Source: Candidatus Thorarchaeota archaeon (lineage in GTDB: Archaea > Asgardarchaeota > Thorarchaeia > Thorarchaeales > Thorarchaeaceae). Taken from it: a stretch of DNA of 32,000 nt. Of this stretch, positions 17,202 to 27,196 are shown piece by piece. The notes under the pieces are model-generated. The model ran no database searches and was not told the origin of the DNA. It saw only the letters and a list, made by a program, of their open reading frames with translations. The position numbers and the translations under genes are program-made. Numbering within the stretch: the first letter of the stretch is position 1; each line of letters starts with the position of its first letter. The DNA lies in assembly GCA_008080745.1 (NCBI GenBank), contig SHMX01000004.1, positions 30,001 to 62,000 of the forward strand, in the 5' to 3' direction.

Positions 17202-18160
17202 CCAAATTGTAACTCGAGCAATCGACAGAAAATAGCTGCTGATATAAGATCGGCTGTAGAACCCGGATTAAGGATATTTCCCTCCTCCCTGAGTAGAGCA
17301 TCTAATTCCATCAGTTTTGTAATGGGACTTCTACTATTTTCATATATTGCTAGAATATCCCTTGCAAAATACATAATCTCATTGGCCTTTTTCTCACCAG
17401 CTTTTTTGATTATCAGGCCATCTGGATATCTTGCAAGTAACCAAATGAATGTCCTTACTATAGCTTCTTCTAGGTCATCAAGACCACTCGAATTATCTCT
17501 AAGATACGGTAGTGATTCATTTAGAGTCAAGGAAAAGTAAGATGACCACTCTTTTGATATGGAATCGACAGTGGAAGAAATTCGGAAAATATCTAATAAA
17601 GAAATGTGATCCTGACGGATGTTATCTAGCACATTGGGATTTGAGATATCGTATCTGTGATGTAACTGCGACCAATCCTCACTTCTCTGTTCGTTAACTG
17701 CAGTTAGTTGGAATCCCCTATATACTTCGATTGTATCTTCAACAGTAGTCGAATCAATCAGATCTTTTATCGCGATTTGAAATGAATCGATGTGGAATAT
17801 ATTATTCTCAGCTATGACAAATCCAGCAGCCATTGCAATTGGAATATGAAGTAAAATCGTTCCTAAAATTGTGTTGCGTCTATTGAGTCCTGTTAGAATA
17901 TCGTGAGTGGATTCGTAAATCAATTTTCCAATCTTCAGGGTAGAGAAATTATCTTCCTTCCCCGCTAGTTCAACACCTTTTTGTGCTGCTTTATACAAGC
18001 CTTTCGAGAACAAGGTTGCACTTGCAAGAAAATGTCGATATCCTGTATCAGAAAATCGACGTAATCTATTGACATTTCCTGGCTTTGGAGAGCTCACTTC
18101 CATTAATACTGACAGTTGTCCTAGACTTGAAATTTTCCACGGAATGTCCTTAGAATCCAT
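17198..18160 (-). CDS. Archaeal CitG-like (triphosphoribosyl-dephospho-CoA synthase family) protein
   Basis: EVSSPKPGNVNR, NTILGTILL, PDGLI, NPGSTADL motifs. Confidence 0.85.
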   Translation of the reverse strand: MDSKDIPWKISSLGQLSVLMEVSSPKPGNVNRLRRFSDTGYRHFLASATLFSKGLYKAAQKGVELAGKEDNFSTLKIGKLIYESTHDILTGLNRRNTILGTILLHIPIAMAAGFVIAENNIFHIDSFQIAIKDLIDSTTVEDTIEVYRGFQLTAVNEQRSEDWSQLHHRYDISNPNVLDNIRQDHISLLDIFRISSTVDSISKEWSSYFSLTLNESLPYLRDNSSGLDDLEEAIVRTFIWLLARYPDGLIIKKAGEKKANEIMYFARDILAIYENSRSPITKLMELDALLREEGNILNPGSTADLISAAIFCRLLELQFG

Positions 18161-18232
18161 TTTTCGACCTCATTTATGAGATAATACTATTGAACGTAGA
18201 AAGTATAATTAGGCACTCTCGTATCAGTAAGA

Positions 18233-18580
18233 ATGGGAGCTACCATGAGTATATCTGCGCGATTAACTTTTTCACAGGTTGGTATATTCGTATCCATAAT
18301 CGTTTTCCTTGCCGTAAGAGGATTCTTTGTAGTATTAAAACATGGACTACTCTGGACCTCTGTAGGTGCGTATTTCGATATAGCACTTCCTCTATTACCA
18401 GTAATCATACTTGGATTTGCGGCATGTGTAATATCCTATGCCTACTCCTATCTTGGTTTATGGTTCATAGATAACGAGAAATTCATCTTGGGAATCATTA
18501 CTATTTTCTTATCAGTAATCATTGCTCCAGGCGCTTTAGGTGCATACTCATGGATTTTTTATCCATTACCTATTCCATAG
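18233..18580 (+). CDS. Small multi-pass (about 3 TM) membrane protein, unknown function
   Basis: Three hydrophobic segments; fills the gap between the CitG-like and Sir2 genes. Confidence 0.6.
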   Translation: MGATMSISARLTFSQVGIFVSIIVFLAVRGFFVVLKHGLLWTSVGAYFDIALPLLPVIILGFAACVISYAYSYLGLWFIDNEKFILGIITIFLSVIIAPGALGAYSWIFYPLPIP

Positions 18581-19316
18581 TGATAATCCTTGGAAGAATT
18601 TGAGCGGCTCGACCACGCAGAATCACATCTGCAACATTATCTCTATTAGTTCCCTCCAGATTGACCAGAATAACTTCAGCTCCAGAATTCTTTGCAAGCT
18701 GAGGTAGATAAGCCGCTGGATATACCTGAAGACTTGTTCCAATAACGAGCATAAGATCTGTATTCTTACATACTTCAATCGCCCTTGACATTGCTTTTTC
18801 TGGCAATGGCTCTCCAAACAGAATGGCTTCGGATTTTAAAACACCATCACATTCATCACAATAGGGAGGTATATCTCCATCTGCTACTCTTCTATGAATG
18901 GTCTCACCAACGAATTCTTTCTTACATTTCATACAATACGCTCGAAGATAGTTTCCGTGAAGCTCGATTACGTTTTCGTTTCCTGCTCTCTGATGAAGGT
19001 TGTCAATATTCTGGGTGATGACACCTGTCAATTTTCCTCGTTTCTCCAATAATGCAAGGGCCTTGTGAGCATCGTTCGGATGCGCTTTCAGAATGACCTC
19101 TGCTAACTCTTGACCCATTGTCCAAAATTTTGATGGATCGTTCAGAAAGCCATCATAAGTTGCATACTCGTAGGGATCATATCTTTCCCATAGACCTCCT
19201 TCTGATCTGAAATCTGGAATTCCAGAATCTACACTAATTCCTGCTCCTGTGAACGCAGAAATTCGATTAGATTCTTTTATTAATCTCCTTGCTTGTTCAA
19301 TTTCATCTTGAGGCAT
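18570..19316 (-). CDS. cobB: Sir2-family NAD-dependent protein deacylase
   Basis: GAGISVDSGIPDFR, TQNIDNLH, HG, two CxxC Zn ligand pairs, LFGEPLP, GTSLQVYPA. Confidence 0.95.
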   Translation of the reverse strand: MPQDEIEQARRLIKESNRISAFTGAGISVDSGIPDFRSEGGLWERYDPYEYATYDGFLNDPSKFWTMGQELAEVILKAHPNDAHKALALLEKRGKLTGVITQNIDNLHQRAGNENVIELHGNYLRAYCMKCKKEFVGETIHRRVADGDIPPYCDECDGVLKSEAILFGEPLPEKAMSRAIEVCKNTDLMLVIGTSLQVYPAAYLPQLAKNSGAEVILVNLEGTNRDNVADVILRGRAAQILPRIITME

Positions 19317-19418
19317 AGGCTAATGAATACATAATACAACTTGTTGTTTTCGGTTTCTCTGTCATGAACACTTCGAAACCTTTTTCTTTGTTCATTCAAA
19401 GGCCCAATTCGAGTCACC

Positions 19419-19520
19419 GAGGGGATTTGCGGCTCTGCCGTTTCCACCTCTAATAGTACGTTGTACTATGCTTCTATACGTGTTTGTTAGTCCTTGTAGT
19501 TAAGGATAAGGCAGAGTGAA
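19419..19520 (+). promoter_or_regulatory. Candidate structured 5' leader of grpE-dnaK-dnaJ
   Basis: GC-rich hairpin 19419-19450; ATAGTAC-GTT-GTACTAT 19453-19469; CTCTGCC (19433-19439) is complementary to GGCAGAG (19510-19516) at the RBS. Confidence 0.35.
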
Positions 19521-19527
19521 TAGGACG

Positions 19528-20145
19528 ATGCAAGAAAAAGAGGAGACTGGGACTCAGGATACTACCTCTACAAAGGAGTCCAATGAAGACTCACAGGTTG
19601 ATGTAGAGATTGTTCCAGAAGACCCAACAATTACTGAACTCGAATGTGCTAAAAAAGAGGCAGACGAGTTGTTAGATCGCCTTCAGAGGTTACAGGCAGA
19701 ATTTGACAATTACAGAAAAAGAATGGATAGCAGGTTTACTGATGCAGCAAAATTCGCAAGTGAAGGCATTCTTCTCAAGATGCTTGATGTCTATGATAAC
19801 ATCTGCAGAGCTTTAGAAACTGATTTTGAACAAGATCCCCAAGCAGCACGTAAGGGCATCGAAGCGATTGAACGACAATTATCCAAGATTTTTGAACAGG
19901 AGCATGTTACACCAATCGAGTCTCTTGAGAAACCTTTTGATCCTTATTATCAGCATGCAGTCCAGAAGGTTCATGATAATGACAAACCTGACGGTATTGT
20001 AGTTGCTGAGTTTCAAAAAGGGTACATGCTTAAAGAGAAGGTACTTCGTCCTGCACTTGTTGTCGTAAACAGACATGAAATTCCTGCTGAAAAAACGAAA
20101 CCAGATGATAATGGAAGCCCACAAGAGGAAGGTGAACCAGAATGA
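19528..20145 (+). CDS. grpE: Nucleotide exchange factor GrpE
   Basis: [43 protein letters not shown] 19528 preferred over GTG 19516. Confidence 0.96.
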   Translation: MQEKEETGTQDTTSTKESNEDSQVDVEIVPEDPTITELECAKKEADELLDRLQRLQAEFDNYRKRMDSRFTDAAKFASEGILLKMLDVYDNICRALETDFEQDPQAARKGIEAIERQLSKIFEQEHVTPIESLEKPFDPYYQHAVQKVHDNDKPDGIVVAEFQKGYMLKEKVLRPALVVVNRHEIPAEKTKPDDNGSPQEEGEPE

Positions 20146-22031
20146 CAAAGATAGTTGGTATTGATTTAGGTACTACAAATAGTGGAATTGCGTATATGGA
20201 AGGTGGGAAACCCACCATGATTCCCAATGCTGAGGGAAAGCGACTTACTCCTTCTGTCGTTGGAATCACTCCAAAGGGTGAAATTGTGGTTGGGGAGCTT
20301 GCAAAACGACAAGCTGTATCCATGCCCGAGCGAACAATAAGATCGATTAAAAGAAAAATGGGTCAAGATTACACCGTTGAGATTAGCGATAAAGAATACA
20401 CTCCTCAGGAGATTTCTGCAATGATTCTAACAAAATTGAAGCGTGATGCAGAAGCATACCTGGGTGAGGAAATTCAAAAAGCAGTGATTACGGTTCCTGC
20501 ATATTTCAATGATAGTCAAAGACAGGCAACAAAAGATGCTGGTAAGATTGCAGGTTTAGATGTGATGAGAATCATTAACGAACCAACCGCATCTACTCTC
20601 GCTTATGGTCTCAACAAAGGCGAAGAAGTGAAAGTGCTAGTATACGATCTAGGAGGTGGAACCTTTGACGTTTCAATACTTGATATCGGTGATGATGTCT
20701 ATAAGGTTCTCTCCACCAGTGGAAATACCCAGCTCGGTGGAGATGACTGGGATAAACGAGTCATTGACTGGGTTCTTGATTCATTCAAGGAAGAAACGGG
20801 TATTGACCTGTCCTCCGACCTAGCGGCAGTACAACGTATTAGAGACGCTGCTGAGCAAGCGAAGATTGAACTTTCAACAGTTATCAAGACCACAATTAAT
20901 CTTCCGTATATCACAGCTGATGAGTCGGGTCCTAAGCATATTGATATTGAATTGACTCGTTCTAAATTCGAGCAGATGACTGAAGATTTGGTTCAGGCTA
21001 CCATGGGTCCTATTCGCCAAGCATTATCAGATGCTAAACTAGAGCCTGAGGGAATTGATAAGATTCTCTTGGTTGGTGGAGCAACCCGAATGCCCATGAT
21101 TCAGAATATCATTCGAGCAATGTTTGGGAAAGAAGGAGAGAAAAGTATCAATCCTGATGAATGCGTTGCATTAGGTGCTGCTGCTCAAGCCGGTGTTCTC
21201 TCTGGAGAAGTCAAAGATATTCTCCTTCTTGATGTCACATCTCTCACATTGAGTATAGAAACCTTAGGCGGTCTTGCAACTCCACTCATTGAACGAAACA
21301 CAACCATTCCAACTAAGAAGAGCAAAATTTTCTCTACCGCAGCTGATGGTCAGACCGCAGTTGATATTCATGTGGTCCAAGGTGAGAGGAAAATGGCAAA
21401 AGATAACATGACACTGGGCAGATTTCAACTCGTGGGAATTCCGCCTGCTCCACGTGGAACTCCCCAGATTGAAGTAACCTTCGATATTGATGCTAATGGA
21501 ATCGTCAAAGTGTCAGCAAAGGACAAGGCCACGGGTAACGAACAGTCTATGACTATAACTGCAACTACAAATCTCACTGAAGATGAAGTTGAACAGATGG
21601 TTAAGGAGGCTGAGAAATACGCTGAGGAAGATGCAAAGAGACAGTCTCAGATTGAGGCTATAAATGCTGCAGATCAGATGATTTGGCAGGGTGAAAAGAT
21701 GATCAAAGATATGGGTGACAAGATACCCGATGATCTCAAAACCGAGTTTGAATCCAAAGCGAAAGAACTCCGTGGTGCCATTGATTCAGAAGATTACGAG
21801 AAAGTCAAGAGTGGAACAGAGGAACTTCAACAGGTTATCTTTAAAATATCTGAGAAGGTCTACGGTTCTCAAGGACCCGGTGCGGCCGGTGCAGGATTTG
21901 ATCCATCTCAAATGGGATTCGATCCCAGTCAGATGGGTGGAGCAGCTGGTGCAGGAGGTCCAACTGGAGCAAAGTCCGAAGAACCTGATGATGAAGACGT
22001 TGTAGACGTTGACTTTGAGGATCTGGAATAA
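20142..22031 (+). CDS. dnaK: Molecular chaperone DnaK (Hsp70)
   Basis: [38 protein letters not shown] overlap with grpE. Lacks the ~23-aa Gram-negative/eukaryotic insert. Confidence 0.99.
   Translation: MTKIVGIDLGTTNSGIAYMEGGKPTMIPNAEGKRLTPSVVGITPKGEIVVGELAKRQAVSMPERTIRSIKRKMGQDYTVEISDKEYTPQEISAMILTKLKRDAEAYLGEEIQKAVITVPAYFNDSQRQATKDAGKIAGLDVMRIINEPTASTLAYGLNKGEEVKVLVYDLGGGTFDVSILDIGDDVYKVLSTSGNTQLGGDDWDKRVIDWVLDSFKEETGIDLSSDLAAVQRIRDAAEQAKIELSTVIKTTINLPYITADESGPKHIDIELTRSKFEQMTEDLVQATMGPIRQALSDAKLEPEGIDKILLVGGATRMPMIQNIIRAMFGKEGEKSINPDECVALGAAAQAGVLSGEVKDILLLDVTSLTLSIETLGGLATPLIERNTTIPTKKSKIFSTAADGQTAVDIHVVQGERKMAKDNMTLGRFQLVGIPPAPRGTPQIEVTFDIDANGIVKVSAKDKATGNEQSMTITATTNLTEDEVEQMVKEAEKYAEEDAKRQSQIEAINAADQMIWQGEKMIKDMGDKIPDDLKTEFESKAKELRGAIDSEDYEKVKSGTEELQQVIFKISEKVYGSQGPGAAGAGFDPSQMGFDPSQMGGAAGAGGPTGAKSEEPDDEDVVDVDFEDLE
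21894..21935 (+). repeat. Tandem 21-nt coding repeat (GFDPSQM x2) in the DnaK tail
   Basis: GGATTTGATCCATCTCAAATG / GGATTCGATCCCAGTCAGATG; identical peptide, only synonymous differences. Confidence 0.85.
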
Positions 22032-22071
22032 AACCAGTTAAGGATAGTACGTGTTACAGGGTGAAGCAGAT

Positions 22072-23112
22072 ATGGCTGAAGATGACTACTATGATGTACT
22101 CGGTGTTGAGCGAACAGCTACACCAGAACAAATCAAAAGAGCTTACCGTGAACTCGCCAAGAAGCTTCACCCTGACCGAAATCCTGGAAACCAAGATGCC
22201 GAAGAAAAATTCAAGAAAGTGAATGAAGCATATGAAGTCCTCAGCGACCCAGAAAAGCGAGCCAATTATGATCGATATGGTACTGCAGATTTTGAGGGTG
22301 TTGATATGGGTGGTTTCGGCGATATCTTCCAAGAGATTTTCCGGAGTTTTGGTGGTGGATTCGGAAGACGAAGGCGTCGTGCTGGTCCACCCCCAGGTGA
22401 AAATCTACGTTTGAACATTGAACTCACCTTCAATGACGCTTTCTTTGGAACAGAAAAAGAGATTGCGTTTACTCGAAAGGCACCTTGCAAGACCTGTAAC
22501 GGTTCAGGTGCAAAACCTGGCACCTCACCTGTAACCTGTCGGACATGTCGAGGACGTGGACAAGTCCATCGTTCTATGGGTGGTTTCATGACTGTTAGTC
22601 AGACATGTCCATCATGTCGTGGTTCTGGAATATCTATTGAGTCCCCCTGTCCTGAATGCAGAGGTCTTGGACTTCAAGATGACCGTGTTGAGATTAAAAT
22701 TCCGGTACCACCAGGGGTAGAAGATGAGATGTACCAACGTGTATCTGGTGGCGGTAATGCGGGCCCACGAGGTGGACCAAGTGGTGACCTAATCATAGTA
22801 TTCAGAGTAGAACCCCACAAGGATTTTGTACGACGAGGTCTCCATGTCTTCTCTGAGATGGATATACCCTATGATATTGCTGTATTGGGTGGGGAAGTTG
22901 AGGTACCAACAATGTATGGCACTTCAAAGATGTCTATACCTAAAGCGACTCATAGCGGTACTCAGTTTCGCATGAAGAGCAAAGGTGTGCATGCCGAAAA
23001 TGGCCGTAAGGGCGATCAATTTGTTCGAGTTCATATTGATATTCCCCATAAATTATCAAAAGAACAAAAGGAATATCTTAGCAAATTCAGAGATATATTT
23101 GGTCAGAATTGA
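22072..23112 (+). CDS. dnaJ: Molecular chaperone DnaJ (class A)
   Basis: J domain with HPD, G/F region with DIF, four CxxCxGxG motifs. GGGTGA SD favours ATG 22072 over GTG 22051. Confidence 0.98.
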   Translation: MAEDDYYDVLGVERTATPEQIKRAYRELAKKLHPDRNPGNQDAEEKFKKVNEAYEVLSDPEKRANYDRYGTADFEGVDMGGFGDIFQEIFRSFGGGFGRRRRRAGPPPGENLRLNIELTFNDAFFGTEKEIAFTRKAPCKTCNGSGAKPGTSPVTCRTCRGRGQVHRSMGGFMTVSQTCPSCRGSGISIESPCPECRGLGLQDDRVEIKIPVPPGVEDEMYQRVSGGGNAGPRGGPSGDLIIVFRVEPHKDFVRRGLHVFSEMDIPYDIAVLGGEVEVPTMYGTSKMSIPKATHSGTQFRMKSKGVHAENGRKGDQFVRVHIDIPHKLSKEQKEYLSKFRDIFGQN

Positions 23113-23672
23113 ACCGGCTTACATACACATGCTCTCATTCTTAGTTTAGGCCAGCTACTCGTATTGGCTGGTTGGATTATCCAAGCAGTATCCGCTCCGC
23201 GTCCTGTTCCTCCTACACAGACCACATCTTGATCTATTTTGACGAGTCCAGCGTCAGCAGCCATCATTGCTATCTCTGCACAGACCTTCGTACCTTGGCC
23301 AAAGGTACGTAGTAGCACGGCTAATATTTCTGTAGTGTCCCACGTACCTAATTCCTTTCTGATACCTCGCGACATTCCCGCCAATGCATGTGTACATGTA
23401 AGAAGTTGACCTTGATTTTCCATTATTTCTTTTTGGTAGCTGTGTTCAAGTTCATTTTCATTCGGCTCTGCAAATCCCTGTTGATGAGTAACAACAATGA
23501 CTTCATGGTCTGAAAATGTTTTACAAAATGATGCTCCTGTTTGTCCAGTTGTTGTTGCCACAATAATTTGCTCAATACTGTCATTCTTACTAAGGACTTG
23601 TCGAACTAATTCAATTACAGAGTCTGTATGTTCTCTGGAGGCTTTTTCGAAGTAGGTTGTATGAATTTCCAT
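23103..23672 (-). CDS. Pyruvate-kinase C-terminal-like alpha/beta domain protein (archaeal MTH1675/AF0103-like)
   Basis: [51 protein letters not shown]. Confidence 0.85.
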   Translation of the reverse strand: MEIHTTYFEKASREHTDSVIELVRQVLSKNDSIEQIIVATTTGQTGASFCKTFSDHEVIVVTHQQGFAEPNENELEHSYQKEIMENQGQLLTCTHALAGMSRGIRKELGTWDTTEILAVLLRTFGQGTKVCAEIAMMAADAGLVKIDQDVVCVGGTGRGADTAWIIQPANTSSWPKLRMRACVCKPVQF

Positions 23673-23712
23673 GGTATTTCTAAATGCGTTCTTTATCCTT
23701 TAGTTCTTTTGA

Positions 23713-24174
23713 TTAACTTGAGGAGACTCTCTTCTCATCATATTGCCAACCTCTGACAAAGAATTCGATGACTGCAAAAACTGAGAGTACAATAATTGCA
23801 AAAAAGAAATCAACTTGCCCCTCTGTAATCTCGCTTACTACATACGAAGCAAGAATGATCACAATTATGCTAAGAAAAATCCTTCCAACCACATATCGCA
23901 TTGATTTCTTAACAGTTTCAGGTGATACTGGGGAAGTACGTTCCTTCCTATATTCTTCAGCAATCTCTTCTGGCCTACCTAAATCCTCTAACACGGTAGA
24001 TATTATTATCTCTTTATCTTCGGTTGGCATGCTTCTTCGTTTATCATGATATGATTCGATAATATGAGCTCTCAAATCCTCTAACAAATCCTCAGTTTCA
24101 AAGTTTCCGGGAAGGAGTTTTCTCACCTGTTTGATATACTGGTCAATCTCTCTTCCAACTTCTTCGTCGCTCAT
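23713..24174 (-). CDS. HAAS/DUF1700-like domain protein with two C-terminal TM helices
   Basis: IDQYIKQV..LL, LEDLRAHI, LEDLGRPEEIA helical signature then two hydrophobic segments; ATGA overlap with padR. Confidence 0.75.
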   Translation of the reverse strand: MSDEEVGREIDQYIKQVRKLLPGNFETEDLLEDLRAHIIESYHDKRRSMPTEDKEIIISTVLEDLGRPEEIAEEYRKERTSPVSPETVKKSMRYVVGRIFLSIIVIILASYVVSEITEGQVDFFFAIIVLSVFAVIEFFVRGWQYDEKRVSSS

Positions 24175-24521
24175 TCTTTCAGTGCCTCCAATTTTTTGAA
24201 TATGTCTTCCAGTATCACAGATAATTCGCGAAGTACACGATCCCCTTCTCCGGTTAAAACATACACTTTTCGCCTTGGACCCGCATCGGATTTCTCTGTA
24301 TACTGGTTTAATAACCGTTCTTTCTTTAGTCTGTGAAGAATAGGATACAGAGTACCCTCTTTGACTTCTAAAAGCCCATCAGTTCTTTCATCCAATTCAC
24401 GGGCAATTCCATATCCGTGAATCCCTTTCTCATGAAGTCTTACTATCGCTAGGACAGCATATTGGAGTAAGCCTCGACGAATCTCAACTTTCCATGTGTC
24501 TTCGAAACTGGGCTTTGTCAA
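24171..24521 (-). CDS. PadR-family transcriptional regulator
   Basis: RRGLLQYAVL, HGYGIA, EGTLYPILHRL, GPRRKVYVLT. TTG at 24521 with SD AGAGGT preferred over the track start 24686, which overlaps the MFS gene by 113 nt. Confidence 0.9.
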   Translation of the reverse strand: MTKPSFEDTWKVEIRRGLLQYAVLAIVRLHEKGIHGYGIARELDERTDGLLEVKEGTLYPILHRLKKERLLNQYTEKSDAGPRRKVYVLTGEGDRVLRELSVILEDIFKKLEALKE

Positions 24522-24573
24522 GTCACAGACCTCTTTGATTGATGAATCATTACTGACCTTAAATTTGACTGTT

Positions 24574-25917
24574 CTATACGGGCTGGTCATCATATCTTCG
24601 TTTTTGAAGAAAAGTACGAATCTCACTTCGGATATCAGTTTTATATTCTCTTGGTTCCCTAAGAATCCAATAGAACATGGATCCAATTATTCGTAAGATT
24701 GAACTAGCTATTAGCATTATAAACACGGCCATATGCGCTCCAACGAGCGGCTTTAATGCCTCTCCCGTTATTCCAGCAATTAATGAACCACCCAAGAAAA
24801 TAATTCCAGTAAACGTGTTGAAGACTGCTAAATGGGCACCTCGTTCATTTTTTGGAGAAACGTCATAGATGTAAGCGATGATGGTGTTTGAGCTGGCACC
24901 AACTGAAATACCTGCTATTGCATTAGCGATATAGATTACTATAACAGAATCAGCAAATGCATACATCAAGGGAACCAAAAAAAGGAAACCTCTTCCTACC
25001 ATTATCAACTGTTTCCGTCCAACTATATCACTTAGCTTACCAAACGGTGCACTTGATATCATGATGAACATAGACATGATTACAGAGGCAATTGCAATTT
25101 CAAGAATAGAATTTTCCAACCACACTCTCTGTACTACTGTGAAATATGGCCATGCCATGGCCATTGCAAATGAATAGAATACGGAGATAAAACAGAACCG
25201 TCTGAAAGTACCAGGTTGCGATAAAAGCCTGAAAATCGGTGGAAATTGACGCGTTTGCTTTGCATCATGTTTTTTCTCTTTGATGCGTAGTGAAAGAAGC
25301 GATGCACTGATTCCTATGACTGCAGTAAGAAGAAAGGGAATGTAGTATGCCTCTCTCCAGTTCTCTGCGGCGGGAAAAATAAATTGCCCGTAATCTCCAA
25401 AAACATTTCTCAGATATGGAAGAATTCCTGGTATGACTCCTAGAAATCCTGTTATCGCCGTTGCAACAATGGATGTCGCATTTGTCGCAATAGCAAGTCT
25501 TCCCAATTCATTTCCCCTATTGGATTCTCCCATCAATTCGCTGAGGAGAGCTTGCCAAGTTGGGATCTGGATACTCAGTAATATTGATTGAATTCCATAT
25601 AGTAAAATCATCTCCAATGGAGTGGCTGCAAAGAAAAACAAGAATACCATTAGAAATCCGGTTAATGTACCAAATGCCACGAATGGTTTTCTACGCCCTA
25701 ATTTATCGGATACTGCTCCCCACGCTGGTTGCATAACCGTTGGCGCTACATTTCCTACACTCCTAAATGCTCCTAATTCAGCATAATTTGCTCCCATATC
25801 CACTAAATAGGTGTTCAAGAATGGTCCATAGAGTCCTGTTGCAAACTGACTCAGAGAACCCACTACATATGCAATTCGTGGTAGTGTTTGTACCTTCTCT
25901 GATTCCATTGTTTCCAT
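24574..25917 (-). CDS. Major facilitator superfamily transporter
   Basis: About 12 hydrophobic segments; motif A twice (GAVSDKLGRR, GKLSDIVGRK); ERGAHLA. Confidence 0.92.
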   Translation of the reverse strand: METMESEKVQTLPRIAYVVGSLSQFATGLYGPFLNTYLVDMGANYAELGAFRSVGNVAPTVMQPAWGAVSDKLGRRKPFVAFGTLTGFLMVFLFFFAATPLEMILLYGIQSILLSIQIPTWQALLSELMGESNRGNELGRLAIATNATSIVATAITGFLGVIPGILPYLRNVFGDYGQFIFPAAENWREAYYIPFLLTAVIGISASLLSLRIKEKKHDAKQTRQFPPIFRLLSQPGTFRRFCFISVFYSFAMAMAWPYFTVVQRVWLENSILEIAIASVIMSMFIMISSAPFGKLSDIVGRKQLIMVGRGFLFLVPLMYAFADSVIVIYIANAIAGISVGASSNTIIAYIYDVSPKNERGAHLAVFNTFTGIIFLGGSLIAGITGEALKPLVGAHMAVFIMLIASSILRIIGSMFYWILREPREYKTDIRSEIRTFLQKRRYDDQPV

Positions 25918-26059
25918 TCTTCTCGGATTGTGGCTGATTGAATTCTACCTATAACTCTAGTCCCAAAAGCAACTTTTTTTCTCTAATCAACACTTTTATT
26001 GCTGGAATACTCTCCAGAATCATATACAACCATTCAATACTTGTTGCGAGAGCGTTGCT

Positions 26060-27169
26060 ATGCTCGAAGACACTATCTATAAAAAACGAATTGAACGTGT
26101 TCTTGAATACATGGTGGAAAATGACTGCGATTTTGTGCTAATTACTCCCTCTCCAGCATTTCAGTATCTTACTGGAATTCATCGAGAGATGCGGGAACGG
26201 TTGATTGCACTCATTCTTAGGCCTAATGATACACCTCAAATAATTGCCCCTACATTTGAGATTAGTAATCTAGAGCAACAATCCTGGATCACTCAATTCA
26301 TTCCCTGGGCCGAGGATGAAAATCCATACACTGTACTTGCACAAAATTTCGAATCAAAAAAGGAGTTGTCAGTAGGCTTTGAAAATGCACTGCCATTGGG
26401 TGTCTATTGGTCTGTTGAGAAAGCACTCGGTCAATTTTCTAAAACAACTTCAATATCACCTCTTGTAAATAGTATGAGAATTACAAAAATTGAACCCGAA
26501 TTGGAATTGATGAGAAAGGCTGGACATGTTATAGATAAGGCAGTTATGACTGCCTTCGAATCAGCACATATTGGGATTACCGAGCTGGAACTGAAACAGA
26601 TAGTAGCTAATGAAATAGTCCAAGCTGGGGGAGAACCAACTTTTGCGGCAGTACAATTTGGGGAAAACAGTGCTTTACCTCATTATGAGGGAGGATCTAG
26701 AGAGTTACGCAAACAAGATGTGGTTCTAATGGACTGTGGATGTGCTATTGGGGGTTACAATACTGACATGACGCGTGTAGGCGTCGTAGGCGAACCTACT
26801 AATGAATTGGATACTGTCTATTCGACTGTTTTGAATGCTGAGGAAACCGCCATTTCTCGGTTAGAGGTTGGTCTAGCTTGTGGAGCTGCAGACGGGATTG
26901 CTAGGAGAATAATTGAGGAAGCAAATTACGGTGATTACTTTACCCATAGATTGGGACATGGAATAGGTCTAGAGGTACACGAACCACCTTATCTTGTGCG
27001 TGGAAATGCCATGCCATTGGAGGAAGGTATGACCCATAGTGTAGAACCTGGTATCTATCTCCTCAATAAATTTGGTATTAGAATAGAGGACTTAGTATGT
27101 GTGAAAGGGGATGGAGCTGAAGTTATCACCTATGCTCCAAAAGACCTCTTCATAATTGATACAAAATGA
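26060..27169 (+). CDS. Xaa-Pro peptidase (M24B aminopeptidase P / prolidase)
   Basis: Metal ligands in VLMDCG, YNTDMTR, HGIGLEVHE, SVEPGIY, IRIED; N-terminal creatinase-like domain. Confidence 0.93.
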   Translation: MLEDTIYKKRIERVLEYMVENDCDFVLITPSPAFQYLTGIHREMRERLIALILRPNDTPQIIAPTFEISNLEQQSWITQFIPWAEDENPYTVLAQNFESKKELSVGFENALPLGVYWSVEKALGQFSKTTSISPLVNSMRITKIEPELELMRKAGHVIDKAVMTAFESAHIGITELELKQIVANEIVQAGGEPTFAAVQFGENSALPHYEGGSRELRKQDVVLMDCGCAIGGYNTDMTRVGVVGEPTNELDTVYSTVLNAEETAISRLEVGLACGAADGIARRIIEEANYGDYFTHRLGHGIGLEVHEPPYLVRGNAMPLEEGMTHSVEPGIYLLNKFGIRIEDLVCVKGDGAEVITYAPKDLFIIDTK

Positions 27170-27178
27170 AAGAAAAAC

Positions 27179-27196
27179 AGCTTGTAATCACAAGCT
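27179..27196. terminator. Candidate bidirectional terminator between convergent genes
   Basis: AGCTTGT-AATC-ACAAGCT, flanked by an A-rich tract on the left and a T-rich tract on the right. Confidence 0.5.

Noticed and set aside
15363-18220. Exact 12-mer TTAGGCACTCTC in two intergenic regions (15363-15374 and 18209-18220), resembling a CIRCE half-site
   Set aside because: There is no partner half-site, it has an extra G, it is not upstream of chaperone genes, one copy is just the reverse-strand SD region, and one 12-mer match is plausible by chance.
19317-19527. CIRCE operator upstream of grpE
   Set aside because: No TTAGCACTC-N9-GAGTGCTAA is present and no hrcA gene lies in the window.
24522-24686. 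55-aa N-terminal extension of PadR from the ORF track
   Set aside because: It overlaps the MFS gene by 113 nt, and a TTG with a good SD at 24521 gives a normal-length PadR.
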